Source of the DNA: a virus
Lineage: Duplodnaviria > Heunggongvirae > Uroviricota > Caudoviricetes
IMG/VR virus record: IMGVR_UViG_2563366891_000011
Location: 1-30,301 of that record
Length of the DNA: 30,301 bases
Strand: one strand, 5' to 3'
Part shown: piece by piece, positions 1-8,160 of the stretch
How positions within the stretch are numbered: position 1 is the stretch's first letter
How the letters are laid out: each line of letters starts with the position of its first letter
Program-made: the position numbers and the translations under genes
Notes under the pieces: model-generated
What the model was told of the DNA's origin: nothing
Database searches by the model: none
What the model saw: only the letters and a program-made list of their open reading frames with translations

Positions 1-1164
1 TTACGCCTTCTTTATATCCTCCATAATTCCACAGTGGGACATATTTGGGACATTATCACCAAAAATGTCGTCTATTTTCCTTGCATGCTCTGTCAAATGA
101 TTAGGCGCAAGGTGAGCATACCTACGAACCATTTCTATGGACTCCCATCCGCCCATTTCCTGAAGCACAGATAATGGGACGCCTGACTGGATCAGCCAGC
201 TTGCCCAGGTGTGTCTGAGGTCATGGAAACGGAAATCTTCAATTCCTGCACGACGACAAGCTGATAGCCATGATGTCTTGCTGTCGATGCGCATCTTCCT
301 GACCGCAGGCGTTGATGTTCCATCTGCTCGCTTAGCCGCCTTGGTATGTACAAACACCCATTTGTGATGCTTGCCTATTTGATCACGCAACACTTTACAG
401 GCGGTATCGTTCAGCGCCACACCAATGGCGCGGTTTGATTTGCTCTCTTCTGGATTCACCCAGGCAACTCGTCGCTGCATGTCGATTTGTTGCCATTCCA
501 GATTTATGATGTTCGACTTTCTCAGACCAGTTGCCAGCGCAAACTTGACGACAGATTTCAGTGGTTCGGGGCACTCATCAATAAGGCGTTTTGCTTCCTC
601 CTTTTCCAGCCATCTGACTCGCTTGTTTCTGACCGCTGGTATCTTGATGACAGGCGCTTTTTCCAGCCACTTCCAGTCGCGTTCTGCAGCACGGAGAATG
701 GCCTTTATCATGGCAAGATGCTTTGCCTTTGTCTGAGTTGATACTGGCTTTGGTTCATAAACAGGCGGTTCTTTACCTTTCCTGATGGCGGCCTGAACTT
801 TCTGTTTCCATATTTCTTTCGTCTTTCTGTTATGCATTCTGCTTACAGCAGAGTAAATCTTTGCCTCCGAGATATCTTTAAGCCTTATACCCTCAAAATG
901 TTCAAGCCAGAACTCAATCCGGCTTTTATCTGAATCGAGAGATTTTTTATCAGCTTTTTCCTCAAGCCATCTTAGGCAGGCCTCTTCAAAAGTGACATCA
1001 GGTAAATCCCCTAGCTTTTCTACTCGCCAGAGTTCTGCTTTTCGCTTGTCGTGCAACTCCTGAGCTTGCCGCTTGTCCTTTGTGCCAAGAGATTCCTTAA
1101 TTCGTTTCCCGCCCGGGAGCGAATACGAGGCATACCATATTTCATTTCTGCGGAAGAGTGACAT
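1..1164 (-). CDS. int: Tyrosine-type site-specific integrase (phage integrase family; IntS-like)
   Basis: 387 aa ORF with ATG at 1162-1164 preceded by GAGGA RBS; C-terminal [10 protein letters not shown] motif typical of tyrosine recombinases; N-terminus resembles CPS-53 IntS as I recall it. Window starts at the stop codon. Confidence 0.92.
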   Translation of the reverse strand: MSLFRRNEIWYASYSLPGGKRIKESLGTKDKRQAQELHDKRKAELWRVEKLGDLPDVTFEEACLRWLEEKADKKSLDSDKSRIEFWLEHFEGIRLKDISEAKIYSAVSRMHNRKTKEIWKQKVQAAIRKGKEPPVYEPKPVSTQTKAKHLAMIKAILRAAERDWKWLEKAPVIKIPAVRNKRVRWLEKEEAKRLIDECPEPLKSVVKFALATGLRKSNIINLEWQQIDMQRRVAWVNPEESKSNRAIGVALNDTACKVLRDQIGKHHKWVFVHTKAAKRADGTSTPAVRKMRIDSKTSWLSACRRAGIEDFRFHDLRHTWASWLIQSGVPLSVLQEMGGWESIEMVRRYAHLAPNHLTEHARKIDDIFGDNVPNMSHCGIMEDIKKA

Positions 1165-1391
1165 TTTCTTTCCTCTGTTATGCCATCACCCGCGCTCACC
1201 TGGACAGTATGCAGCGGAGACTGAAGCGCCGCAATGCAAGCTTGCCGTGTTGTGAGGTAAGGAGATTTTGGCTTGGTTGGATCTTTACGTGTTGCCTGTA
1301 GGCGGCCTGTTCGTATCCAGTTGGTGGCGGTTGGTCTGGATATCTTAAGAAACTGACAGGCCTCATCGAGTGTGAGGCTGTATGGCTCCAT
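1020..1391 (-). CDS. xis: Excisionase-like DNA-binding protein (Xis/AlpA-type)
   Basis: Internal ATG at 1389-1391 gives [29 protein letters not shown], an Xis-like winged-helix N-terminus; start overlaps the upstream stop (TAATG). The reading frame continues 145 bp into int in another frame, so the true C-terminus is uncertain. Confidence 0.55.
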   Translation of the reverse strand: MEPYSLTLDEACQFLKISRPTATNWIRTGRLQATRKDPTKPKSPYLTTRQACIAALQSPLHTVQVSAGDGITEERKCHSSAEMKYGMPRIRSRAGNELRNLLAQRTSGKLRSCTTSEKQNSGE

Positions 1392-1696
1392 TATTTCACC
1401 TCTTGCTGTGTCATTGTTGAAAAATGGATACCAGCTCGTTGCTGCCAGACGATCCAACCGAGAGTCATATCCCATGCCATGTATTCGTTATCGCCGTTTT
1501 TTACTCTCCGACGATCTACTAAGTCACCGAAACGCTTTTCCATGAATAATTCATAGGCTTCGCGTTCATCTGGCTCTACTTCCAGAGATACGAGTGCGAT
1601 TTCATAAGCACGGCGCTCAATATCGTCTCGAACCTCTAGGCTGCTGATTCGTTCTTTGATTTCTTTAATCAGTTCTTTATTGGTAAATGTGGTCAT
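1391..1696 (-). CDS. Hypothetical protein, 101 aa (YfdT-like by size and position)
   Basis: ORF with ATG at 1694-1696 and GGAG upstream; translationally coupled to neighbours by TAATG overlaps at both ends. Confidence 0.6.
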   Translation of the reverse strand: MTTFTNKELIKEIKERISSLEVRDDIERRAYEIALVSLEVEPDEREAYELFMEKRFGDLVDRRRVKNGDNEYMAWDMTLGWIVWQQRAGIHFSTMTQQEVK

Positions 1697-2058
1697 TATG
1701 CTCCAGCCTCCGGTGCTTTTGGCATTACTGCCCAGTGAGTGATATTGACGTTTTCAAGGTCCCCGACCTGAAATGTCCACTGCCATTCTCCGGTTTCTTT
1801 TTGTCCCCAGGTGTACCAGAGAGAACGCCAGCCAATCAGCCAGCCTTCTCCATTAGCATCAAATAACAGAACACTTTCATTTGCTGGTGGCAGTTCAGCT
1901 GACACTGGTATTATTTTGTTTTCCAGTGCCGCACATTTAGCTTCAAGCGCGTCGAATTTACGTAACAGGTACTCAGCATTTGTTTCATTCACTTTCAGAT
2001 CTCGCGGTACACATTTCCCGCGAAGAAACCCTTCCATTTCGAAAACATTCATGCGCAT
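1696..2058 (-). CDS. Hypothetical protein, 120 aa, Trp-rich C-terminus (DUF551-like; YfdS-like by size and position)
   Basis: ORF with ATG at 2056-2058 and GGAG 8 nt upstream; conserved-looking W-rich C-terminal segment. Confidence 0.6.
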   Translation of the reverse strand: MRMNVFEMEGFLRGKCVPRDLKVNETNAEYLLRKFDALEAKCAALENKIIPVSAELPPANESVLLFDANGEGWLIGWRSLWYTWGQKETGEWQWTFQVGDLENVNITHWAVMPKAPEAGA

Positions 2059-2585
2059 TTGCGTAACTCCGATAAATCGTTAAAACGTTCCATAAACATC
2101 CCGTAGGCATGACCCGGTGCCAGTGGAATCACGTTGAACATCTCTGTTGCCGGGATGCCTTCCAGTACAGGCCAGAAAGAGCCATCATCAAGCCCGAGAT
2201 CGCGGCGTTCGGTTGCCAGCATGATGAGATCGGCATATTTCACGGGTGTACTCATAACTGGGGGTAACCCGTATTTCTCACGGATTACGGCGTCTATTTT
2301 TTCTTCCATCCGTTTATAGTCAGGAAGAAGGCGTTTCAGTGGTGCGGGAATGTCCTGGCAATACGCTTCTGTTGCATCATGCATTAACGCTTCAAAAGCA
2401 AATTCCTGCGGCACCAGCTGGCTGCAAAGAACCGCATGTTGGGCGACGCTGTAGAAGTGCGAAAGATGACCGGCAAAGCGACAGATATTTGAAAGGGAAA
2501 CCGCGATATCGTTAATATCGATGTCGTCTTTATTTATCTTGTCATAATAAAAATGCTTCCCGGAAAAAGTTTTAATAAATGACAT
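2049..2585 (-). CDS. yfdR: HD-domain phosphohydrolase / 5'-deoxynucleotidase (YfdR-like)
   Basis: 178 aa from the internal ATG at 2583-2585 with GGAG RBS; His/Asp-rich HD-type motifs (HAVL..., MHDATEAY); size matches E. coli YfdR as I recall. Confidence 0.78.
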   Translation of the reverse strand: MSFIKTFSGKHFYYDKINKDDIDINDIAVSLSNICRFAGHLSHFYSVAQHAVLCSQLVPQEFAFEALMHDATEAYCQDIPAPLKRLLPDYKRMEEKIDAVIREKYGLPPVMSTPVKYADLIMLATERRDLGLDDGSFWPVLEGIPATEMFNVIPLAPGHAYGMFMERFNDLSELRKCA

Positions 2586-2712
2586 TTTGTTCTCCACGTA
2601 TATGCACTGCACCGCGCTGAATTCTGGTAAAAGGAAGCCCTCACCATCCGGTGATTATTGAGTTAATTACGTTTCCATAAATGCCCCCGCAGGGGCATTT
2701 GCAGTAATGAAA

Positions 2713-3537
2713 TCAGGCGGTGAAAGTACCAATAAAGGTTTCTACTTTGCTGTCTTTGAATTTCTCAACAAGCAGATCACGAAATTCGTTAGCCATTTCT
2801 TCCTGCACCGCTTCCAGCTGAATAATGCGCAGAACCAGTACAGGACGATCGCCAGTGATAATGCTGAGGCGTAATTTAAACGGACGTTCTTTCAGACCTT
2901 CAAACGGAACGCATTTAAATTCAAATGCCACTGGCATAATGTCTTTGGTCTTCGCTTCGACAGACTCCATCAGGGAGCGTTTGCCGCTGAAGTCATTATC
3001 TTCAAAATCAGCGGTCTGGTTTGCTTCAATCGTGATTTTACGGACTGCCGCAGCCGCTTTTGTTGCCTGAATAGCGTCACCATTAGCATCAAAGCCCACA
3101 AGGTAGTCGGCCCAGTCTTCGATCCATTCTGCCAGTGACTTCTGGGAGTTACGCTCGCCGTTAACAGACAACAGAGCAGAGAACGGTGCTGTCTTTTTCA
3201 GTTTGAGAGTGGCAGTGTTATCTGCGTGACCTGGCTCATCAATAGTACCCAGGTTAAGCACACTGACGGCACGCATATTATCGGCATCGATAAAGCAGCG
3301 GGTGCCTTCATCTGCAAGATCTTTAGAATAACGGGTAAAATCATCGATGCTGGCAGTGGAAAGTGCACCACGGAAACGGAAGCGATTTAAATTAAATTTT
3401 TCCAGATCATGAATGCGGAAATTCTCAGGCAATGCCACAGCATCGGCACCAATCTTACTGATAATTTCATTAACACCCTGAGCAGAAATAAGGGCATGGA
3501 TTTGATTAATTGCGGTTGCGTCTAAGTTCTGAGACAT
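2713..3537 (-). CDS. yfdQ: DUF2303-family protein (YfdQ-like)
   Basis: 274 aa ORF, ATG at 3535-3537 with GAGGA RBS; size and sequence character match CPS-53 YfdQ as I recall. Confidence 0.75.
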   Translation of the reverse strand: MSQNLDATAINQIHALISAQGVNEIISKIGADAVALPENFRIHDLEKFNLNRFRFRGALSTASIDDFTRYSKDLADEGTRCFIDADNMRAVSVLNLGTIDEPGHADNTATLKLKKTAPFSALLSVNGERNSQKSLAEWIEDWADYLVGFDANGDAIQATKAAAAVRKITIEANQTADFEDNDFSGKRSLMESVEAKTKDIMPVAFEFKCVPFEGLKERPFKLRLSIITGDRPVLVLRIIQLEAVQEEMANEFRDLLVEKFKDSKVETFIGTFTA

Positions 3538-3602
3538 AATAAGTCCTCACTATATAAAGATATTCAGTGATGAGATAAATAATCAGTTTATTACGAACGA
3601 TA

Positions 3603-3965
3603 TTAACGACCTGCTGCGCGGAGTTTTCCGTCAGGTTCACCGGCAAGAGTCAGTAATTGTCCCTGGTCTTCCTGTAGAATAGTCAGGCGACCACCGCGAT
3701 TGACATACATCGGCGTTTCGGTGGTGTCTTCTTCGGAAATTTTCCCGCGGTTAGTTGGGCGAACATATGAGAGTTTGTGTTTGATTTTCACACGGTTCTC
3801 ATCAAACGGTTCGATTTCCAGATTGAGTGAGACCTTCCCTTTGGTTTTCGTGTTCATCACACCGGAAGCGACCTCACTGAGAACTGCGCCGATTTTGGTT
3901 TCAAATACGCCGCCGTCCAGCTCCCCGATAAATGCCTGCACATCAGTACTGCGTTCGCTAGCCAT
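3603..3965 (-). CDS. Hypothetical protein, 120 aa (YfdP-like)
   Basis: Internal ATG at 3963-3965 preceded by GAGGAG; the longer upstream extension in the ORF track lacks an RBS. Confidence 0.65.
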   Translation of the reverse strand: MASERSTDVQAFIGELDGGVFETKIGAVLSEVASGVMNTKTKGKVSLNLEIEPFDENRVKIKHKLSYVRPTNRGKISEEDTTETPMYVNRGGRLTILQEDQGQLLTLAGEPDGKLRAAGR

Positions 3966-4014
3966 TTTGCTGCTCCTCATCATATCGACCCTGCAAGGTC
4001 GGTTGGTTTCTCCA

Positions 4015-4148
4015 CAAAACAGAGAAGAACACCTGCGGTGGCAGCCGCCCGGATGGATTGGGTTATGAGCCCGTCGTCCGGTGATGCTCTTCTCTGTTTT
4101 GCAAAAAAGGACGGTACCAGCCGGAAGCAAGGGTACAAACTGGTACCG
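4015..4148. repeat. Nested inverted repeats: 14-bp IR (4015-4028 / 4088-4101, 59-nt spacer) and 9-bp IR with GGTACC cores (4112-4120 / 4140-4148)
   Basis: Read directly: CAAAACAGAGAAGA vs TCTTCTCTGTTTTG; CGGTACCAG vs CTGGTACCG; a third GGTAC lies between them. Confidence 0.8.
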
Positions 4149-4245
4149 CCAGGACTACACACAGCAATGAAACTATTGCCTGTCTTTTCACCACTTCAGG
4201 CTCGGTGGTATGCTGGAGTTCTCACACAGCCAGCAAGGAAACCTA

Positions 4246-4587
4246 ATGAACCAGTTTTATGTTCACGTTCGTCTGTTTGAAGCAACAGCCGAACAGACCA
4301 AAAAATTTGAAGAATTAATGCTTAACTTTCTGTACCAGAAAACAATCAAAGAGTCTGACGATAGCTGCTGCAGACTGATTCCAGAGGGATATATCCTCAA
4401 AAGCACAATGAACTGCCAACAAATCCTTGATCAAACTTTTTCCATTGCTAACAGTGCTGGTGTTGACGCAAATATATTTGTCTGCAAATTTGAACAAAGC
4501 GTATGCTTACTTCCGTCTGCTTCCTTAGTTGGCAACGATTTTGTTCATCACGATCTTACGCCTAAGCCCATCAAGCTCGATTCTTAA
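4246..4587 (+). CDS. Hypothetical protein, 113 aa, AT-rich moron-like gene transcribed against the leftward early operon
   Basis: ATG at 4246 with AAGGA RBS 6 nt upstream; extended -10-like TGgTATGCT at 4206-4214; low GC relative to flanks. Confidence 0.45.
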   Translation: MNQFYVHVRLFEATAEQTKKFEELMLNFLYQKTIKESDDSCCRLIPEGYILKSTMNCQQILDQTFSIANSAGVDANIFVCKFEQSVCLLPSASLVGNDFVHHDLTPKPIKLDS

Positions 4588-4833
4588 TGCCTTAACCATT
4601 GTGTCGTGATAAACACGGCTCACCCTCTCTCCATTGCATGGCAGTGGGGTGATCGTGTTAGCCATGAAATTCATGAACTTGGTTCGATCAGGGTCTTGCG
4701 CCTCGCAAGTCTTTAATGCCTGTTTTGCTAACAAAATACGGGCCTCAGTGCCTGCATTTGGCTCTATCTGCTGCAAACGTTTAGCGTCTTCCAGCAACAA
4801 TGCGATCACATGCTTCAAATCCTGCTCATTCAT
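4525..4833 (-). CDS. Hypothetical protein, 102 aa, first gene downstream of the putative PL (N-position gene, but not Arg-rich)
   Basis: ATG at 4831-4833 with GGAGAG RBS; its 3' end overlaps the convergent 4246..4587 ORF by 63 bp. Confidence 0.55.
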   Translation of the reverse strand: MNEQDLKHVIALLLEDAKRLQQIEPNAGTEARILLAKQALKTCEAQDPDRTKFMNFMANTITPLPCNGERVSRVYHDTMVKALRIELDGLRRKIVMNKIVAN

Positions 4834-4939
4834 CTATTCTCTCCACTGAAATCATCCGCTAACGAATCATCCTGGACTTCATATGCCCCAGGCGGCTACT
4901 TCGTGGGCGTCCTGCCTGTTCGTTACTGCAACATCTTTA

Positions 4940-4985
4940 AGTTGTAATCTAGTTGTTGTTTTGGTTGTTGTCAACAACTTTATGT
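4940..4985 (-). promoter_or_regulatory. Putative OL/PL: operator motifs including perfect 15-bp palindrome GTTGTTGTCAACAAC (4964-4978) and a leftward promoter (-35 TTGACA at 4969-4974, -10 TAGATT at 4946-4951, minus strand)
   Basis: Palindrome and sigma70-like hexamers with 17-bp spacing read directly; the AAGTTGT/ACAACTT motif recurs on the other side of the repressor gene. Confidence 0.5.
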
Positions 4986-5036
4986 GGTTTTGACGGATGT
5001 GAAATGAGGGCAAGGGTTATCAAAAAAGGAGGTTGT

Positions 5037-5141
5037 ATGGACGATGCGCTTTTAATTACACAAGGGACACTTTCCTTCCGTGATTGGAAACTCTCAAATC
5101 ACGGGAGGAAGATTGAAAAGGCGGGTAATAATGGTAACTAA
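5037..5141 (+). CDS. Candidate small ORF (34 aa) with strong Shine-Dalgarno, in the gap between the operators and the repressor 3' end
   Basis: AGGAGG at 5027-5032, 4 nt before ATG 5037; no homology inferable. Confidence 0.25.
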   Translation: MDDALLITQGTLSFRDWKLSNHGRKIEKAGNNGN

Positions 5142-5168
5142 ATTTCTGAAGGAAGGTTTTTTGATGCA

Positions 5169-5855
5169 TTACCAAGTGCGCGATGACCAGAATACTCTAC
5201 CTATAACGTGAATTCTGGAACGCCTATCTTCGAAGGTGAGTATTTCATCTGGATACTCATCTTTATTGAAACTTCTTAGAATCAGACCACCGTCAGGTAA
5301 ATTGATCAATATTTTAACTCTAAGTAATACGCCATCACGTATGGCATAAAGATCCCCATCACGAATAGGAACCGTTTGGGAAACATCAACAGCAACAAAA
5401 TCTCCATTGTTAAGTACAGGTAGTAAACTATTGCCCCAAATTTTTACGATCTTTGCATTGGAGACACATACACCAGCTTTTCTTAAATCAATCCTTCTTA
5501 GCGGGAACCAGTCTACAGTTGATTCAACTATTTCAGCCAAACATCCATTACCCGCTGATAACTCGACATCTAGGACTGGAATGTTTGCAAAAATGTCAGG
5601 ATCTAATGCTGTACTTTCAGCCTCCTTTACAACAAGGTCTGGGAAAGACGCGTTATCCTCAATGCCCAATTGCAACCACTTTTGAGAAACCCCTAACACT
5701 TTAGCAATCTCTTTAATTTTCCGAGGCTGTTGAGTTTCTCCATTCTCGATTTTCGCTACGGATTGTTGTGAAAGCCCAATTTTTTCAGCTAGTTGCGCCT
5801 GACTCATTCCTGCTTTTTCTCTTTCGCTTTTTAGTCTTTCTGCCAATGTTTTCAC
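5169..5855 (-). CDS. cI: CI-type prophage repressor (N-terminal XRE-type HTH, C-terminal S24 LexA-like peptidase domain)
   Basis: 228 aa; GTG start at 5853-5855 with GAGGGGGA RBS; HTH segment MSQAQLAEKIGLSQQSVAKIENG; C-terminal Ala-Gly, Ser and Lys positions consistent with an autocleaving S24 fold. Confidence 0.88.
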   Translation of the reverse strand: MKTLAERLKSEREKAGMSQAQLAEKIGLSQQSVAKIENGETQQPRKIKEIAKVLGVSQKWLQLGIEDNASFPDLVVKEAESTALDPDIFANIPVLDVELSAGNGCLAEIVESTVDWFPLRRIDLRKAGVCVSNAKIVKIWGNSLLPVLNNGDFVAVDVSQTVPIRDGDLYAIRDGVLLRVKILINLPDGGLILRSFNKDEYPDEILTFEDRRSRIHVIGRVFWSSRTW

Positions 5856-5879
5856 AACATATCCCCCTCGTTTTTATTG

Positions 5880-5970
5880 AGGTTACAACTTTATGTTTTG
5901 GCTTTCCAACATCTAAAAGTTGTGATAAAAGTTGTTGTAGTTGTATAATCGAAGTTATCAACAACTTTAC
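5880..5970 (+). promoter_or_regulatory. Putative OR/PR: repeated AAGTTGT/ACAACTT operator motifs overlapping a rightward promoter (-10 TATAAT at 5944-5949)
   Basis: Same motif family as the OL side (ACAACTTTATGT shared); perfect TATAAT 43 nt upstream of the cro-like ATG. Confidence 0.55.
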
Positions 5971-5992
5971 TACTTACAGATAGGAGAAAGCT

Positions 5993-6241
5993 ATGACACC
6001 TGAGCAATTAGCCTTATCAGAGGCAATCGCTCTGGCTGGTGGTCAATCAGAATTGGCTCGGAAGCTCACAGCCAGCAGTGGTCGTTTAGTAAAGCAACAA
6101 CATGTCTGGAACTGGTTGAACAGAGAAAAGCGTCCCCCTGCAAAGCTTTCGATATTTATTGAAATGACCACTGGCGTATCAAAAGAAAAATTACGTCCAG
6201 ATATTTTTCAAAAGATTAAAGACTTATCAGATGGAAAGTAA
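5993..6241 (+). CDS. cro: Cro-like HTH regulator
   Basis: 82 aa, AGGAGA RBS, divergent from the repressor across the operator cluster; small basic HTH protein. Confidence 0.78.
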   Translation: MTPEQLALSEAIALAGGQSELARKLTASSGRLVKQQHVWNWLNREKRPPAKLSIFIEMTTGVSKEKLRPDIFQKIKDLSDGK

Positions 6242-6263
6242 CCACAGTTTTAAGGAGATAGCC

Positions 6264-6821
6264 GTGGGTAAGCATCACTGGAAAGTAGAAAAACAGCCTG
6301 AGTGGTACGTGAAAGCTGTCAGAAAAACTATCGCAACATTGCCGGGTGGTTACGCTGAAGCAGCTGACTGGCTGGATGTAACAGAGAACGCATTATTTAA
6401 CCGCCTTCGTGCTGATGGCGATCAGATTTTCCCGCTGGGATGGGCAATGATTTTGCAACGTGCTGGTGGAACTCACTTCATTGCTGACGCTGTGGCGCAG
6501 TCTGCAAATGGCGTCTTTGTGTCTCTTCCTGACGTCGAGGATGTGGACAACGCCGATATAAACCAGCGCCTGCTGGAAGTCATCGAACAGATCGGGAGTT
6601 ACTCAAAGCAGATTCGTTCGGCAATCGAAGATGGGGTAGTGGAGCCACACGAGCAGACAGCAATTAATGATGAGTTGTATCTGTCAATTTCGAAGCTCCA
6701 GGAGCATGCAGCACTGGTCTACAAAATCTTTTGCGCTCCAGAAAAGAGTAACGCCCGCGAGTGTGCAGCTCCGGGCGTCGTGGCGTCGATTGCTTCTGGT
6801 TGTGGAGAAACTAACGCATGA
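6264..6821 (+). CDS. Putative CII-like early regulator (family uncertain; alternative ATG start at 6231)
   Basis: GTG at 6264 with AAGGAG 6 nt upstream; sits in the cII slot after cro; family assignment is tentative. Confidence 0.55.
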
Positions 6822-7009
6822 ACAGTTTAACAACACACTACCGTCGCTCGCAACTGATTGCGCTTCCTGTACCGGGTGGAAAAGCGAAGGTGGAATATTG
6901 CTATGCAGTGAATGTACCAGGTGACAGGGAAATTGTAACCCACAGCTTTGCAGAGTGGGCTGTGGGGGATTTCAACCGGCAGAAGGAGACAGTCCTTTGC
7001 GACAAGTAA
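6818..7009 (+). CDS. Hypothetical small protein (63 aa)
   Basis: ATG overlaps the upstream stop (ATGA) at 6818-6821, suggesting translational coupling. Confidence 0.45.
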
Positions 7010-7209
7010 ACCGCTGGTTCAAAGATCACTACGGAGTGCCCGTCAGAGTCATTCGTTGGGAACCGGAAACACAACGGGTTATCTACCTCCGCGAAGGCTA
7101 TGAGCATGAATGCTTCAGTCCGCTCGAACAGTTTCGTCGTAAATTCAGGGAAATAGAGGTCGGTCATGAGCCTGTTAATGACATCCCAGCCCATTGTGAT
7201 AAATCGTGA
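6997..7209 (+). CDS. Hypothetical small protein (70 aa from TTG; 84 aa if GTG at 6955)
   Basis: TTG at 6997 preceded by AAGGAG (6983-6988, 8-nt spacer); the longer GTG start has no RBS. Confidence 0.4.
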
Positions 7210-8158
7210 TCTTGCATGCCGTATTGGTCTGAATGAGGCAATTGTGTTGCAGCAGCTTCATTACTGGCTGAATGAAACGAATTCAGGCACTGAGCATGGC
7301 GGAATTCGCTGGGTTTATAACACGACAGAACAGTGGCTGGAGCAGTTTCCGTTCTGGTCAGAGTCCACTCTGAAACGCACATTTGCAAGCCTGAAATCAC
7401 TTGGGGTTTTGCGTCGCGAGCAACTCAATAAATCGAAGCGTGACATGACCAACTTCTACACGATCAACTATGAAAGTGAGCTTTTAGAAGAGGTCAAAGT
7501 GAACGAATCCATCAGGTCAAAATGCACTTCTCCATTGGGTCAAAGTGACCTGATGGATGGGCGCAAAATGACACGATCCATAGGTTCAAAACGACACGCT
7601 GTCATCGGGTCAAAATGGCCCAATGATCTTACAGAGAATACAACAGAGATTACTACAGAGAATAAAACATCTTCTCGTCCGGACGCTTCGCAACCGGACA
7701 CGCAAACGGCCGAACAGGAGTTTTTAACTCGCCATCCTGATGCGGTTGTATTCAGTCCTAAAAAGCGCCAGTGGGGAACGCAGGATGATTTGACCTGTGC
7801 ACAGTGGCTCTGGAAAAAAATCATCGCCCTGTACGAGCAGGCCGCCGAATGTGACGGCGAAGTGGTTCGTCCCAAAGAACCGAACTGGACAGCCTGGGCA
7901 AACGAAATTCGCCTGATGTGTGTGCAGGATGGTCGTACTCACAAACAAATCTGCGAGATGTACAGCCGCGTCAGCCGCGATCCGTTCTGGTGCCGTAACG
8001 TGCTCAGCCCGTCGAAGCTGCGGGAAAAATGGGATGAGCTTTCCCTGCGCTTATCGCCGTCCGTAAGCACGTACACCGAAAAACGCGAAGACGCGTACTT
8101 CAAAGCCAGTTACGACAACGTGGACTACAGCCAGATCCCGGCAGGATTCAGGGGGTAA
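7166..8158 (+). CDS. Replication initiator protein (lambda O-like role) with the origin iterons inside its coding sequence
   Basis: 330 aa, GAGG RBS; contains a five-iteron cluster and AT-rich repeats (7508-7668), as lambda ori sits inside gene O. Confidence 0.72.
   Translation: MSLLMTSQPIVINRDLACRIGLNEAIVLQQLHYWLNETNSGTEHGGIRWVYNTTEQWLEQFPFWSESTLKRTFASLKSLGVLRREQLNKSKRDMTNFYTINYESELLEEVKVNESIRSKCTSPLGQSDLMDGRKMTRSIGSKRHAVIGSKWPNDLTENTTEITTENKTSSRPDASQPDTQTAEQEFLTRHPDAVVFSPKKRQWGTQDDLTCAQWLWKKIIALYEQAAECDGEVVRPKEPNWTAWANEIRLMCVQDGRTHKQICEMYSRVSRDPFWCRNVLSPSKLREKWDELSLRLSPSVSTYTEKREDAYFKASYDNVDYSQIPAGFRG
7508..7625. repeat. Origin-type iterons: five GGTCAAA(A/G)TG-containing repeats at about 23-bp spacing (starts near 7515, 7538, 7561 degenerate, 7584, 7608)
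   Basis: Read directly; iterons 1 and 2 also form an inverted repeat (CCATCAGGTCA / TGACCTGATGG). Confidence 0.65.
7628..7668. repeat. AT-rich triple repeat ACAGAGAAT(A) next to the iterons (candidate DNA-unwinding element)
   Basis: ACAGAGAATA, ACAGAGATTA, ACAGAGAATA read directly. Confidence 0.45.
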
Positions 8159-8160
8159 TC

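Noticed and set aside
425-741. Plus-strand ORFs of 103 and 84 aa inside the integrase gene
   Set aside because: Antisense to a confidently identified integrase; low-complexity Ser/Arg/Phe-rich translation typical of antisense artefacts.
3603-4130. Long 175-aa form of the YfdP-like ORF starting at 4130
   Set aside because: The upstream extension is Cys/Arg-rich with no RBS, whereas the internal ATG at 3965 has a GAGGAG Shine-Dalgarno and gives the expected 120-aa product.
4953-5141. 62-aa form of the small ORF in the operator/repressor gap
   Set aside because: The 5' part overlaps the operator palindrome and has no start context; only the internal ATG at 5037 has a Shine-Dalgarno, so at most the 34-aa version is plausible.
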